NCBI GenBank assembly: GCA_045117995.1
Contig: JBGUOH010000005.1
Span: 13,913-77,912, forward strand
Reading direction: 5' to 3'
DNA from: Bacilli bacterium
GTDB lineage: Bacteria; Bacillota_I; Bacilli_A; RFN20; CAG-826
Length of the DNA: 64,000 nucleotides
Positions 26,489-36,659 of this stretch are shown here, in pieces. The first letter of the stretch is position 1, and each line of letters opens with the position of its first letter. The notes below the pieces were generated by a model. It saw nothing but the letters and a program-made list of their open reading frames with translations, was not told the origin of the DNA and did no database searches. A program made the position numbers and the translations under genes.

Positions 26489-27769
26489 ATGAAAAGTACC
26501 AAAATTGCGATTTTTTCTTTATCCATGGTTGCCTTATTAGCGGCTTGCCAAAAGGTGCCAGAAAAGAAATCTTTTATTAATCTTATCAATCCAGAAAATG
26601 TCTCCATGTTAACAGATAACTGTAAAGCTTATGTTGACGCGATGAGAGAACAACAACAAAAACTCAAAGATGAAGGTAATGATATTTATAAATATCATGA
26701 CTTATACGCCAAAAATGGTGTTAACATCGATGAAGGTTCCAAGAAAGATGATGAAAGAAAGTATCTTGATACCGGTGATGTGAATGGTAAAAACGCTACC
26801 GTAAGAAATGCCACTCCAGATCGTAGTGATAAGAGTATGGGCATCGAATTAAAGTTTGAAGTCGAAGAAGGACATGAAAAAGAAGAATATAAAGTCTTAT
26901 TAAGTGATAACGAACAATTCGAAGGCGCTAAAGAATACGTCACCAATGAAAACTCTGTGAGTGTTAATAACTTATTCGTCAATAAACAATACTATTGGAA
27001 AGTTGTGGCCGATGGTGAAGAATCCAAAGCCTCAACATTCACTACAGGTGACTATCCACGTTGGATTAGTGCTCGTCCAGTCTATAACGTTCGTGACTTA
27101 GGCGGCTATATGACTCAATCTGGTAAGAGAGTTAAACAAGGTCTCGTCTATCGTGGTGGTGAAATCACTAACAAAGCTTGGAGTGAACATACATTAACCA
27201 ATACCGAAGAATCCAAAGCCATTTTCAATGATGTGATGAATATCGGTGTGGAGCTTGACCTTAGAGGTGCCACTGATATCGGTGATGGCTATAAAGACTA
27301 TGCCTTTAGACCAGGTGAAAATAGATATAAACAACACGCGATTAAGTCATATGAAGAAACATTCACTAAGACAAGAAGTGAAGTAGCGGCGATCTTTGAT
27401 ATCCTTGCTAATGCGGATAATGAACACGTATACTTCCACTGCTATGGTGGTGCGGACCGTACTGGTACAATCGGTTTCTTACTTAATGGTTTATTAGGCG
27501 TCAGTTATACTGACTTAGTCATCGACTTTGAATTAACAAGTTATAGTTCCATTAATAATGAACACATTAGAAGCCATATCGATGGACAACAACACCAATA
27601 TGACCGTTGGCCAAAGTTAATTAGTCAATTAAAGACAGACACCACAGGTGGCTATGCATGGGATGAAAACAAGTTATTAAAAGACAACATTAAAGAATTC
27701 TTGCTCAAAGCATGTTCCGTTAGTTCAGATTCTATCGCTAAAATCGAAAGAATCATGATAGAAGACTAA
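26489..27769 (+). CDS. Lipoprotein with a CX5R tyrosine-phosphatase-like domain (Y_phosphatase3-like)
   Basis: Lipobox LLAAC. Ig/FN3-like segment. NVRDLGGY...LVYRGGEI and HCYGGADRTG (P-loop CX5R). Confidence 0.7.
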   Translation: MKSTKIAIFSLSMVALLAACQKVPEKKSFINLINPENVSMLTDNCKAYVDAMREQQQKLKDEGNDIYKYHDLYAKNGVNIDEGSKKDDERKYLDTGDVNGKNATVRNATPDRSDKSMGIELKFEVEEGHEKEEYKVLLSDNEQFEGAKEYVTNENSVSVNNLFVNKQYYWKVVADGEESKASTFTTGDYPRWISARPVYNVRDLGGYMTQSGKRVKQGLVYRGGEITNKAWSEHTLTNTEESKAIFNDVMNIGVELDLRGATDIGDGYKDYAFRPGENRYKQHAIKSYEETFTKTRSEVAAIFDILANADNEHVYFHCYGGADRTGTIGFLLNGLLGVSYTDLVIDFELTSYSSINNEHIRSHIDGQQHQYDRWPKLISQLKTDTTGGYAWDENKLLKDNIKEFLLKACSVSSDSIAKIERIMIED

Positions 27770-27786
27770 TAGTTCTAAAAATATAA

Positions 27787-27811
27787 GGGTGGGCGCGCGC
27801 CTATCCTTTTT
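27787..27811 (+). terminator. Intrinsic terminator after the phosphatase lipoprotein gene
   Basis: GC-rich stem GGGTGGGC/GCCTATCC (two G-T pairs) followed by T5. Confidence 0.75.
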
Positions 27812-27882
27812 AATTTTTATTAGCAGTTATCAAACTTTTAATTGTCTAATTAACGAGAAAACTGATAGGAGAATAATGGCCT

Positions 27883-30800
27883 ATGAAAAGAAAAACACTT
27901 TTATCTGCTGCAATATTAGCCCTGGCTCTACCAGTGGCTTTGTCACAAAGATTTACTGCTAATAATGCCCAATATATTGGTGATTACACTGAGAAGAAAC
28001 CTTACATCGAACATGGCATCAAAGTTAATGAACAAATATGTGATGAAGGCATGATCTTACTTAAAAATGATGGATTCTTACCATTTAAAAATGTGAAGAA
28101 GATTTCCATTGTTGGTAAAAATGCTTTTAATTTCAATACTGGTGCAGGTGCTCGTGCTGCAAGCGGTCCATTAGATGTTAATCCAATCAACCTTGAAGAT
28201 GCATTTAAAGATGTAGGTTTTGAAATCAATCAAACCGTCATGGACTTCTATGGTAGAAGAGGGAACACTTATGGCTGGAACAATAATACTGCTTCAGGTC
28301 CAGGTAGATCCAATGGTAATGACAGCTGGAAAGGTAATTCGCAAGTTCAGATTGGCGAGACACCAATTTCCTTATACTCCCAAGAAGTTCTCAATTCTTT
28401 TGATCAATATAAAGACGTCGCTATTCAATTCATTACCCGCGAAGGTAGTGAAGGCTGTGATATGAAGGCTATCGATGCTCGTGATTATGATCCTGCCTCT
28501 AACTCAAACTTACCAAGTGGAGTGCAAATGGATGAAATGAATAAAAATCATGCCTTGCAAATGTCTGACAACGAGCGTGAGCTTTTTAATGAATTAAAAA
28601 AGCATTTCCAACACGTTGTTATTGTTTTAAATACGCCTGTTTCATTTGAATGCGATTTACTCCAAAAAGATAGTAAAGTCAGTGGCATTATTTGGATGGG
28701 TTTACCAGGTGATACTGGTATTACTTCTTTAGTTAATATTCTCACTGGTAAAGTTAATCCTTCAGGTCGCACAGTTGATACATGGGCACGTGATTTCAAA
28801 GAAGATCCAACATATCAAAACTTCTCTGATAATTCACAAACTAATACAAATATCATGGATTTTGCTCTATCAAATAATAGAAGCAAGAAAGTGTATGTCC
28901 CACAGGATACAATGTTTAACGCTGATGGTTCACCAGTCATAAGCTATGGTTCTGACAAAATGTATATGAATCACGAAGAACCTCGCTGGTATAACGAAAC
29001 ATACAAAGTAGTGCAAGGTGGCGTTAATGGTGTTAGACCATCTGCTTATGTGACATTCGAAGAAGATATCTATAGAGATTATCGTTATTATGAAACAAAA
29101 TACGCTGATTTAGCAGCTTATGATAAAGCTGTCGCGGATAATTGGTATAACGGTAACAAAGGTGTTGTTTATCCATTTGGCTATGGTTTAAGTTACACAA
29201 AATTCGAAACCAAATTAGTCGGTAGTAACTATAACAAAAAGACCAATTTTGCAGCGGATTCTAAGAACGTTGAAATAGTGGTAAATGTTAAAAACACTGG
29301 AGACGTGGCTGGAAAAGAGGTTGTTCAAGCCTACTTTAAAGCTCCATATATTCAAGGCGAAATTGAAAAACCTTATGAAGTATTATGTGCTTTCGCCAAG
29401 ACCAAATTATTAGCGCCAGGAGAAAGCCAAAACATTAAACTTTCTTTCAATCTTCAAGATGTCGCTAGTTATGACTATCAAGACAAAAATCATAATGGCT
29501 TTAAAGGCTACGAATTAGATGCAGGTACATACCATATCTCCATCAATAAGAACGCTCACGAAGTCATTGATGAATTCGAAGTAAAACTCGAACAAGGTAT
29601 TAAATATGAAAACGACCGTTATACAGGCAAGAAAGTTGAGAATAGATTCTCCAACAACAATCTCGATTCTTCTTTACCGCTTGCTAACGATGTTGGCTAT
29701 GCATTAATGAGCCGTGCTGATATGAACGCTACATTCCCTAAACATCCAACGTATGCAGATCGTACTCTAAAAGCGGGATCGAAAGTTGAAGAATATCTCA
29801 CAACTGAATTCGATTTAATAGATGAAGAAATTCTTAAAAAAGGCTACTTCCTACCAAGCGAGGCTATTGTTACTAAACAACAAGCTACAGGTTGGGCACA
29901 AGGAAAAACATCAGATGTTACCCTGAAAATCAATGAAATGAGAGGAGTTCCTTTTGATGATCCAAAATGGGATAAACTCATTAATCAATTAACCTTTAGT
30001 GATTTAACGAAATTCTCTTATACTCACGGTATGGCTTCACAGGAAGTAAGTTCTATCGGTAAAAGCAGGACATCGGACAATTATGCTTCTGGATGCGCTA
30101 GATATGTTTTCTTTGCGCATAATACCCTTGTCGCGTCTACGTGGAACGTAGAACTCGCTGAAAAAGAAGGTAATGCCTTTGGCACAGCCTGCAATATTGC
30201 TAACCTAGCATGTTGGGCTGGTCCAAATGCATCAGTTCGTCGTTCTCCATTTGGTGGAAAAAACTTTGAATGCTATTCATCTGATCCGTTAATCACAGGC
30301 AGAATGTGCGCTAAGCTCACAAAAGCTGCCCAAGATAAAGGTGTCATTATCTATGCGACACACTTTGGCTATGGTGGTCAAGAAAAGAACCGTGAAGGTC
30401 TCATTGCTTATGAATCTGAACAAGCTTTACGTGAAATCGATTTAAAACCATTCCAAATCATCGTTGAAGAAGGAAAAGGTAGAGGCATTCAAACATCTCA
30501 TAACCGTTTAGGGTTAAGAGAAGTTCAATCATCATATCAACTTTTACACAAAGTTCTTCGTGAAGAATGGGGCTTCCAAGGCGATATCTTAACTGACATG
30601 CATCACAGTGGTAATAGCGCAATCAATTTCAAATGTTATGAATGCGCTGATTATAACATCATTGGAGGCGTTAATGGCTTAGTCGACCAAAGTGGTGGAT
30701 ATTTTGGAGCAAACCAAGCTAAATGGGACAACGAAATCGGCGCTCCAGTTCTTGAATATAACGACACTAAATATGTTTCATATACATTGTGGGGTGCTAT

Positions 30801-31266
30801 TAGAAGAGCAGCCAAAGAAGCATTATACGTCTACGCTAATTCATTCATGACCAATAAAGGTTTAATCCAATCCACAGATGATATTGAAGTTATTATCGAT
30901 AAAGAAATCCGCGTTGGTGATGATGTTAATATCTCCGTTAATAATAAATCTAATGGTCTCACCTTAGTGGTGGATAAAGATACTCCATTACCAGAAGGAT
31001 TAAAACTTGAGAATAACACTATTACTGGTAAACCAGTAAAAGAAGGCTCATATACTGTTAACTTCTTACTAAAATCTGGTGATGAAATCAAATCAGGTAA
31101 AGAAGTTAAACTTGAAATATTGCCAGCCCAAGAAGGCTCAAAGATTGTAGCAAAGAAGAAAGGCTGCTTTGGTGAACTCAATAGTTCAATTCTTGCTACT
31201 GGCTTAGTGGGCTTATCTGTAATCGCCTTGATTATCGCTAAGAAAAGAAAAGAAAGATTAGCGTAA
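27883..31266 (+). CDS. Glycoside hydrolase family 3, circularly permuted, with an Ig-like domain and a C-terminal membrane anchor
   Basis: Signal peptide. The GH3 C-terminal-type domain comes first (ILLKNDGFLPF, NPSGRTVDTW, FGYGLSYTKFE), then an Fn3-like domain (VQAYFKAP), then the GH3 barrel (SPFGGKNFECYSSDP, THFGYGGQEKNREG, GDILTDM), then LPEGLKLENNTITGKP, then TM plus KKRKERLA. Confidence 0.8.
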   Translation: MKRKTLLSAAILALALPVALSQRFTANNAQYIGDYTEKKPYIEHGIKVNEQICDEGMILLKNDGFLPFKNVKKISIVGKNAFNFNTGAGARAASGPLDVNPINLEDAFKDVGFEINQTVMDFYGRRGNTYGWNNNTASGPGRSNGNDSWKGNSQVQIGETPISLYSQEVLNSFDQYKDVAIQFITREGSEGCDMKAIDARDYDPASNSNLPSGVQMDEMNKNHALQMSDNERELFNELKKHFQHVVIVLNTPVSFECDLLQKDSKVSGIIWMGLPGDTGITSLVNILTGKVNPSGRTVDTWARDFKEDPTYQNFSDNSQTNTNIMDFALSNNRSKKVYVPQDTMFNADGSPVISYGSDKMYMNHEEPRWYNETYKVVQGGVNGVRPSAYVTFEEDIYRDYRYYETKYADLAAYDKAVADNWYNGNKGVVYPFGYGLSYTKFETKLVGSNYNKKTNFAADSKNVEIVVNVKNTGDVAGKEVVQAYFKAPYIQGEIEKPYEVLCAFAKTKLLAPGESQNIKLSFNLQDVASYDYQDKNHNGFKGYELDAGTYHISINKNAHEVIDEFEVKLEQGIKYENDRYTGKKVENRFSNNNLDSSLPLANDVGYALMSRADMNATFPKHPTYADRTLKAGSKVEEYLTTEFDLIDEEILKKGYFLPSEAIVTKQQATGWAQGKTSDVTLKINEMRGVPFDDPKWDKLINQLTFSDLTKFSYTHGMASQEVSSIGKSRTSDNYASGCARYVFFAHNTLVASTWNVELAEKEGNAFGTACNIANLACWAGPNASVRRSPFGGKNFECYSSDPLITGRMCAKLTKAAQDKGVIIYATHFGYGGQEKNREGLIAYESEQALREIDLKPFQIIVEEGKGRGIQTSHNRLGLREVQSSYQLLHKVLREEWGFQGDILTDMHHSGNSAINFKCYECADYNIIGGVNGLVDQSGGYFGANQAKWDNEIGAPVLEYNDTKYVSYTLWGAIRRAAKEALYVYANSFMTNKGLIQSTDDIEVIIDKEIRVGDDVNISVNNKSNGLTLVVDKDTPLPEGLKLENNTITGKPVKEGSYTVNFLLKSGDEIKSGKEVKLEILPAQEGSKIVAKKKGCFGELNSSILATGLVGLSVIALIIAKKRKERLA

Positions 31267-31283
31267 TCCACGTTCACTTAATA

Positions 31284-31309
31284 AACACCATCGAAAAGGT
31301 GGTGTTTTC
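31284..31309 (+). terminator. Intrinsic terminator after the GH3 gene
   Basis: Stem AACACCA/TGGTGTT followed by a T-tract. Confidence 0.7.
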
Positions 31310-31328
31310 AATTTCTCAATCGTTATTA

Positions 31329-32688
<1,360 letters not shown>

Positions 32689-32711
32689 TTAGGTTTAACA
32701 AAAACAAATAA

Positions 32712-32737
32712 AGCTCTTGGGAAACCAAGGGCTTTTC
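32712..32737 (+). terminator. Intrinsic terminator after eno
   Basis: Stem AGCTCTTGG/CCAAGGGCT with GAAA loop, followed by TTTT. Confidence 0.8.
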
Positions 32738-32740
32738 TTA

Positions 32741-32752
32741 TAGAATAAGAAT
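32741..32752 (+). promoter_or_regulatory. -10 element placed for a leaderless mRNA
   Basis: TAGAAT at 32741-32746, then 6 nt (aagaat), then ATG 32753. No SD. Confidence 0.4.
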
Positions 32753-33439
32753 ATGAAACAAATCGTTGATATCTTAAAAAGCAAACAGGATTTAAAGTAC
32801 CGTCAAATGCAGTTCTCTATTATTCCTAATATTGATCCTGAAACTATCATTGGTGTCCGTACTCCTGATCTTAAAGAAATAGCGAAATCTCTAAATGGTA
32901 GTGAGCTCGCTAAAAAGTTTTTAGGTAAGTTACCACACAAGTACTTTGAAGAGAACCAACTACATTCCTTTTTAATATCATTAAATAAGGATTATAAAGA
33001 GACTTTAAGGGAGATCAATGAATTCCTTCCTTACATTGATAATTGGGCCACCTGTGACCAATTATGCCCTAAAGCTTTTAATAAGCATAAAGACACTTTA
33101 ATAAGTGAAATAAAGAAATGGTTAGAGATTGACCATCTCTACACAAAACGCTTCGCTATTAAGATGTTAATGAGTCTTTATCTAGATGATGACTTCAAAG
33201 AAGAATATCTAGAACTAGTTAGTAAAGTCAAAAGTGATGAATATTATCTTAATATGATGATTGCCTGGTACTTCGCTACCGCCTTAGCGAAACAATACGA
33301 TTCCTCTATTAAATATATAAAGGAAAAGAGATTACCTCCTTGGGTGCATAATAAGACAATCCAAAAAGCAGTGGAGTCATATCGTATTACAGACGAACAA
33401 AAGATATATCTAAAGACCCTAAAGGTACAAAAAAACTGA
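32753..33439 (+). CDS. DNA alkylation repair protein (AlkD-like HEAT-repeat family)
   Basis: 228 aa. Pattern NWATCDQL...YTKRFAIKML...MMIAWYFATAL parallels AlkD-family repeats, recalled from memory. Confidence 0.55.
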   Translation: MKQIVDILKSKQDLKYRQMQFSIIPNIDPETIIGVRTPDLKEIAKSLNGSELAKKFLGKLPHKYFEENQLHSFLISLNKDYKETLREINEFLPYIDNWATCDQLCPKAFNKHKDTLISEIKKWLEIDHLYTKRFAIKMLMSLYLDDDFKEEYLELVSKVKSDEYYLNMMIAWYFATALAKQYDSSIKYIKEKRLPPWVHNKTIQKAVESYRITDEQKIYLKTLKVQKN

Positions 33440-33462
33440 GTTTTGCAACTCAGTATTTTTTT
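33435..33462. terminator. Bidirectional terminator (end of the + gene and of the minus-strand tRNA operon)
   Basis: Stem ACTGAG/CTCAGT flanked by an A-tract on the 5' side and a T-tract on the 3' side. Confidence 0.7.
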
Positions 33463-33466
33463 AAGT

Positions 33467-33553
33467 TGGTGCCCGGGACCGGAATCGAACCGGTACGGTA
33501 TCGCTACCGCAGGATTTTAAGTCCTGTGCGTCTACCTATTCCGCCACCTGGGC
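33467..33553 (-). tRNA. tRNA-Leu (anticodon UAA), class II, CCA encoded
   Basis: Read by hand: anticodon arm CAGGA-CTTAAAA-TCCTG, long variable arm, T-loop TTCGATT. One A-C mismatch in the acceptor stem. Confidence 0.85.
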
Positions 33554-33559
33554 ACTTTC

Positions 33560-33635
33560 TGGTCACTCTCTGGAGAATCGAACTCCAGACCCCTTGATTA
33601 AAAGTCAAGTGCTCTACCGGCTGAGCTAGAGAGTG
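33560..33635 (-). tRNA. tRNA-Lys (anticodon UUU) with a C1:G72 acceptor end
   Basis: CACTCTC-TA-GCTC-AGCCGGTA-GAGC-A-CTTGA-CTTTTAA-TCAAG-GGGTC-TGGAG-TTCGATT-CTCCA-GAGAGTG-A-CCA. Confidence 0.85.
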
Positions 33636-33642
33636 AATGCTT

Positions 33643-33718
33643 TGGCTGGGGTGACTGGGATCGAACCAGTGAGATGACAGAGTCAAAGTCTGTTGCCTTA
33701 CCGCTTGGCTACACCCCA
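33643..33718 (-). tRNA. tRNA-Gln (anticodon UUG)
   Basis: U1:A72 acceptor (TGGGGTG/CACCCCA), anticodon arm ACAGA-CTTTGAC-TCTGT, discriminator G, CCA encoded. Confidence 0.88.
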
Positions 33719-33728
33719 ACAACCTTGA

Positions 33729-33814
33729 TGGTGGGAGGGGGCAGATTCGAACTGCCGAAACCAGTAGGTAGCAGATTTACAGTCTGCCGCGTTTAGCCTC
33801 TTCGCTACCCTCCC
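33729..33814 (-). tRNA. tRNA-Tyr (anticodon GUA), class II
   Basis: Acceptor GGGAGGG/CCCTCCC, anticodon arm GCAGA-CTGTAAA-TCTGC, long variable arm, CCA encoded. Confidence 0.88.
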
Positions 33815-33843
33815 ATCTCATAGATGGGTTTTACGCATTTAAG

Positions 33844-33919
33844 TGGTGGATGCTGACGGGCTCGAACCGCCGACCCCCACCTTGTAAGGGTGATGCTCTC
33901 CCAGCTGAGCTAAGCATCC
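33844..33919 (-). tRNA. tRNA-Val (anticodon UAC)
   Basis: Acceptor GGATGCT/AGCATCC, anticodon loop CTTACAA, T-loop TTCGAGC, CCA encoded. Confidence 0.88.
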
Positions 33920-33939
33920 GATTAACAATGCGCCTAAAT

Positions 33940-33969
33940 AATATATCACTTATATATAAATATAGTCAA
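33940..33969 (-). promoter_or_regulatory. Promoter of the tRNA operon Val-Tyr-Gln-Lys-Leu (TTGACT-18-TATATT)
   Basis: On the minus strand, -35 TTGACT at 33969-33964 and -10 TATATT at 33945-33940, about 20 nt upstream of tRNA-Val. Confidence 0.5.
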
Positions 33970-33970
33970 T

Positions 33971-33997
33971 CAAAAAATCGCCTATTTTGTAAGCGAC
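33971..33997 (-). terminator. Intrinsic terminator after pgi
   Basis: Minus strand: stem TCGCTTA/TAGGCGA with CAAAA loop, followed by T6. Confidence 0.7.
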
Positions 33998-34025
33998 TTT
34001 CTGAATATTAAACTATCAATAGTTT

Positions 34026-35303
34026 CTAGTAACCTTTTTTGCCTAAAAGGTGGAACATATTCTTCTTATAAACTTCCACACCTGGTTGGTTAAATGGATT
34101 GATTTCAAGCATATATGCACTCATCGCGCACGCTCTCATGAAGAAGTAGAATAAGTAACCAAGATTGTAAGCATCTAATTTATCGAGATAAATCACGTTA
34201 CATGGGACACCGCCGTCTTCATGGGCTTGTAATGTACCTTCAAAGGCTTTTTGGTTAACGAACGCTAAGTTCTTACCTTCTAGGTAATTAAGACCATCAA
34301 GATCGTCTTCATCGTGTGGAATGACGATGTCATCTTTTGGATTTAAAACATTGATAATGGTTTCAAATAATAATGGTGTACCGTCTTGGACATATTGACC
34401 TAAGCTATGTAAGTCTGTAGAGAATGTTGCACTGCTTGGATAAAGACCTTTATGTTCTTTACCTTCTGATTCGCCAAATAATTGTTTAAGCCATTCACTG
34501 ATTTGACTCATTTGTGGTTCATATGTGATATACATTTCCACTGGTTTATTGTGACGATACATATAATCTCTCATCACAGCGTATTGATAACACTTATTAA
34601 TGGCGAGTGGTTGAGTTTGAATTTCTTCTCTAGCTTGTTTCGCACCGTTAATTAATGCTTCCACATCAATACCCGCACAGGCGAGTGGGAAAGTACCAAC
34701 AGCGGTAAAGACACTATAACGACCACCGATATTACCCGGTAAGACATAAGTCTTGTAGCCTTCGTTAGTGGCTAATGTTTTTAATGCACCTTTTTCTTTA
34801 TCGGTAGTGGCAAAGATGGCTTTTCTCGCTTTTTCTTTACCAACTTGTTTTTCTAATAATTCTTTTAAGAGTCTAAAAGAGATACTTGTTTCAGTGGTGG
34901 TGCCACTCTTAGAAATAACGTTAATTGCGAAGTTCTTACCTTTTAAGTAATCCATCACTTGGGAAACATAGTTAGGGGAGAATGTTTGACCCATAAAGAT
35001 AATTTCCAATTTATCTGGGCTCTTTAAACCATTAAGCGCTTCTAGGGCACTGCGTGCGCCTAAATAAGAACCACCGATACCACAGACCACTAAGATATCG
35101 AAATGTTCTCTCACATACTTAGCGTCATCAATAATGCGTTTTAGTTCGTCCTTATCGTAATTTATTGGCCAATCGACCCAACCTAAAAAATCATTACCCG
35201 CACCTGTTTTGTCCATAATCATCTTATTGATGACTTGCACTTGTTTTTCATAATCGTTGATGATGTTTTTGGTAATGAGCTTGTTTAATCTTAAATCTAG
35301 CAT
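34026..35303 (-). CDS. pgi: Glucose-6-phosphate isomerase (Bacillus-type)
   Basis: GIGGSYLGARS, SKSGTTTET and GGRYSV motifs. AGGGAG SD lies before ATG 35303; the ORF-track start at 35321 overlaps the upstream gene. Confidence 0.93.
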   Translation of the reverse strand: MLDLRLNKLITKNIINDYEKQVQVINKMIMDKTGAGNDFLGWVDWPINYDKDELKRIIDDAKYVREHFDILVVCGIGGSYLGARSALEALNGLKSPDKLEIIFMGQTFSPNYVSQVMDYLKGKNFAINVISKSGTTTETSISFRLLKELLEKQVGKEKARKAIFATTDKEKGALKTLATNEGYKTYVLPGNIGGRYSVFTAVGTFPLACAGIDVEALINGAKQAREEIQTQPLAINKCYQYAVMRDYMYRHNKPVEMYITYEPQMSQISEWLKQLFGESEGKEHKGLYPSSATFSTDLHSLGQYVQDGTPLLFETIINVLNPKDDIVIPHDEDDLDGLNYLEGKNLAFVNQKAFEGTLQAHEDGGVPCNVIYLDKLDAYNLGYLFYFFMRACAMSAYMLEINPFNQPGVEVYKKNMFHLLGKKGY

Positions 35304-35304
35304 A

Positions 35305-35673
35305 TTATTTCTCCCTATCAATTTTTTCGTATGCTTCTTTAATCCAAGAATCTAATTTTTCTTTTAATGGTAAAAATTCATCCTCACTAGTCGTGGGCAT
35401 TCTTCTTTGATTAACGTGACTTGTAAACATTTCCTCCTGAGGAACTTGCTTATAAGACACCCTTAAAAATCCATTGTCTTTATCAATGGAAAGAATCTTA
35501 ACTTTGATTTGATCTCCAACCGATCCGTACTTTTCAATATCACGGATAAATGAGTCAGAAATCTCTGAAATATGTAATAAACCTGTCGCTCCATCTTCAA
35601 ACGACATGAAGAGAGCATAAGGCTTAACATTATAGACTGTCCCTATGACTAATTGGCCAACTTGATACTTCAT
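35305..35673 (-). CDS. S1 domain RNA-binding protein (YabR/GSP13-like)
   Basis: VGQLVIGTVYNVKPYALFMSF...GLLHISEIS...GDQIKVKILSID. AGGTGA SD lies before ATG 35673. Confidence 0.8.
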   Translation of the reverse strand: MKYQVGQLVIGTVYNVKPYALFMSFEDGATGLLHISEISDSFIRDIEKYGSVGDQIKVKILSIDKDNGFLRVSYKQVPQEEMFTSHVNQRRMPTTSEDEFLPLKEKLDSWIKEAYEKIDREK

Positions 35674-35736
35674 AATACTCACCTATTATAACTAGATGAT
35701 AGCATTGAATAAAAAGAAAAGGTAGAAAAATCTACC

Positions 35737-36567
35737 TTATTTATTCGCTAAAGCAATCTCTTTTCTCTTCAATTTTTCTTGCGCAGAAATCAAATCAATG
35801 AGCATTTTGACGACTTTATCCATCTCACCATTAGCGCTGTAATCGGCTTCAACGATGAAGTCACAACGGTTGTCATCATAGATTTGTTGAACGACTTCTC
35901 TATCATCCTTTGGATGAATAGCGATACTGTGACCGCCGTTTTTCTTAACGAGAGTCATACTTGGAATATCAGTCATTCCATCACCAACATAGATGATGTT
36001 TTTGTATTCAACACGGTGATCAGGTGTCTTTTCATTAACACCAGCATCATCGGTAGCTTTAATTGCGCCTTTAGCAATACGGAAGAAGAATTGTGTTTTT
36101 TGTGTGAAGTTAATTGCCATCTTTGGCCAGCAAGCTTCACCGTTTTCATCATAGAGGAATTCACAACCATAAACTTGTTTGAATTCGTCATAGATGGAAC
36201 AACCTTCAACGATTTCTTTTGTACCACTAGAAACTAAGTAGTGCTCAACTTGAATACCTCTTTCAGCAGCGTATTCGTTAATACGTTTGAACCAAGTGGT
36301 GACACCTGGGAAGAACTTAATGTCTTTACCGCATTCTTTAAGATACTCTTTGGTGAGCTTAATGCCCTTTTCACGAGCAATCTTAATCATGCAGTACATA
36401 TATGAAAGAATTCTTTCAACTTCAAATTGTTTTGATAATTTTCCTGTTTCACCCCAGAACTCATCAGGAGTCATGCCAAGGTTTGGAATAAAGGTGTAAT
36501 TCTGCATATCGGTAGTGGATAATGTTTTATCAAAGTCATACAGAATTGCGACGATAGGTTTTGCCAT
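35737..36567 (-). CDS. HAD-superfamily hydrolase
   Basis: DFDKTL (motif I) and YVGDGMTD (motif IV). GGAGG SD lies before ATG 36567. Confidence 0.7.
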   Translation of the reverse strand: MAKPIVAILYDFDKTLSTTDMQNYTFIPNLGMTPDEFWGETGKLSKQFEVERILSYMYCMIKIAREKGIKLTKEYLKECGKDIKFFPGVTTWFKRINEYAAERGIQVEHYLVSSGTKEIVEGCSIYDEFKQVYGCEFLYDENGEACWPKMAINFTQKTQFFFRIAKGAIKATDDAGVNEKTPDHRVEYKNIIYVGDGMTDIPSMTLVKKNGGHSIAIHPKDDREVVQQIYDDNRCDFIVEADYSANGEMDKVVKMLIDLISAQEKLKRKEIALANK

Positions 36568-36644
36568 AGTTATAACCTCCAATTAATATTATCTCAAATT
36601 TTGATAATATTAGTCAACTTTATGTATCTCACGTCAATTGACTG

Positions 36645-36659
36645 TGCTACAATGCTCGT
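36645..36659 (+). promoter_or_regulatory. Extended -10 placed for a leaderless mRNA
   Basis: TGcTACAAT at 36645-36653, then 6 nt (gctcgt), then ATG 36660. Confidence 0.45.

Noticed and set aside
27850-27866. Inverted repeat TTAATT-gtct-AATTAA upstream of the GH3 gene as an operator.
   Set aside because: It is pure A/T and short, so it is expected by chance in this composition.
18533-31266. Genomic island integrated at tRNA-Pro.
   Set aside because: No integrase, transposase or repeat of the tRNA 3' end was noticed, and the composition looks native. It is kept only as a variable surfaceome locus hypothesis.
33504-33722. ORFs overlapping tRNA genes (33504-33722, 40048-40245, 51392-51586).
   Set aside because: The sequence is explained by hand-folded tRNAs (Leu, Lys, Gln; Leu-GAG; Ser). 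The ORFs have no translation signals.
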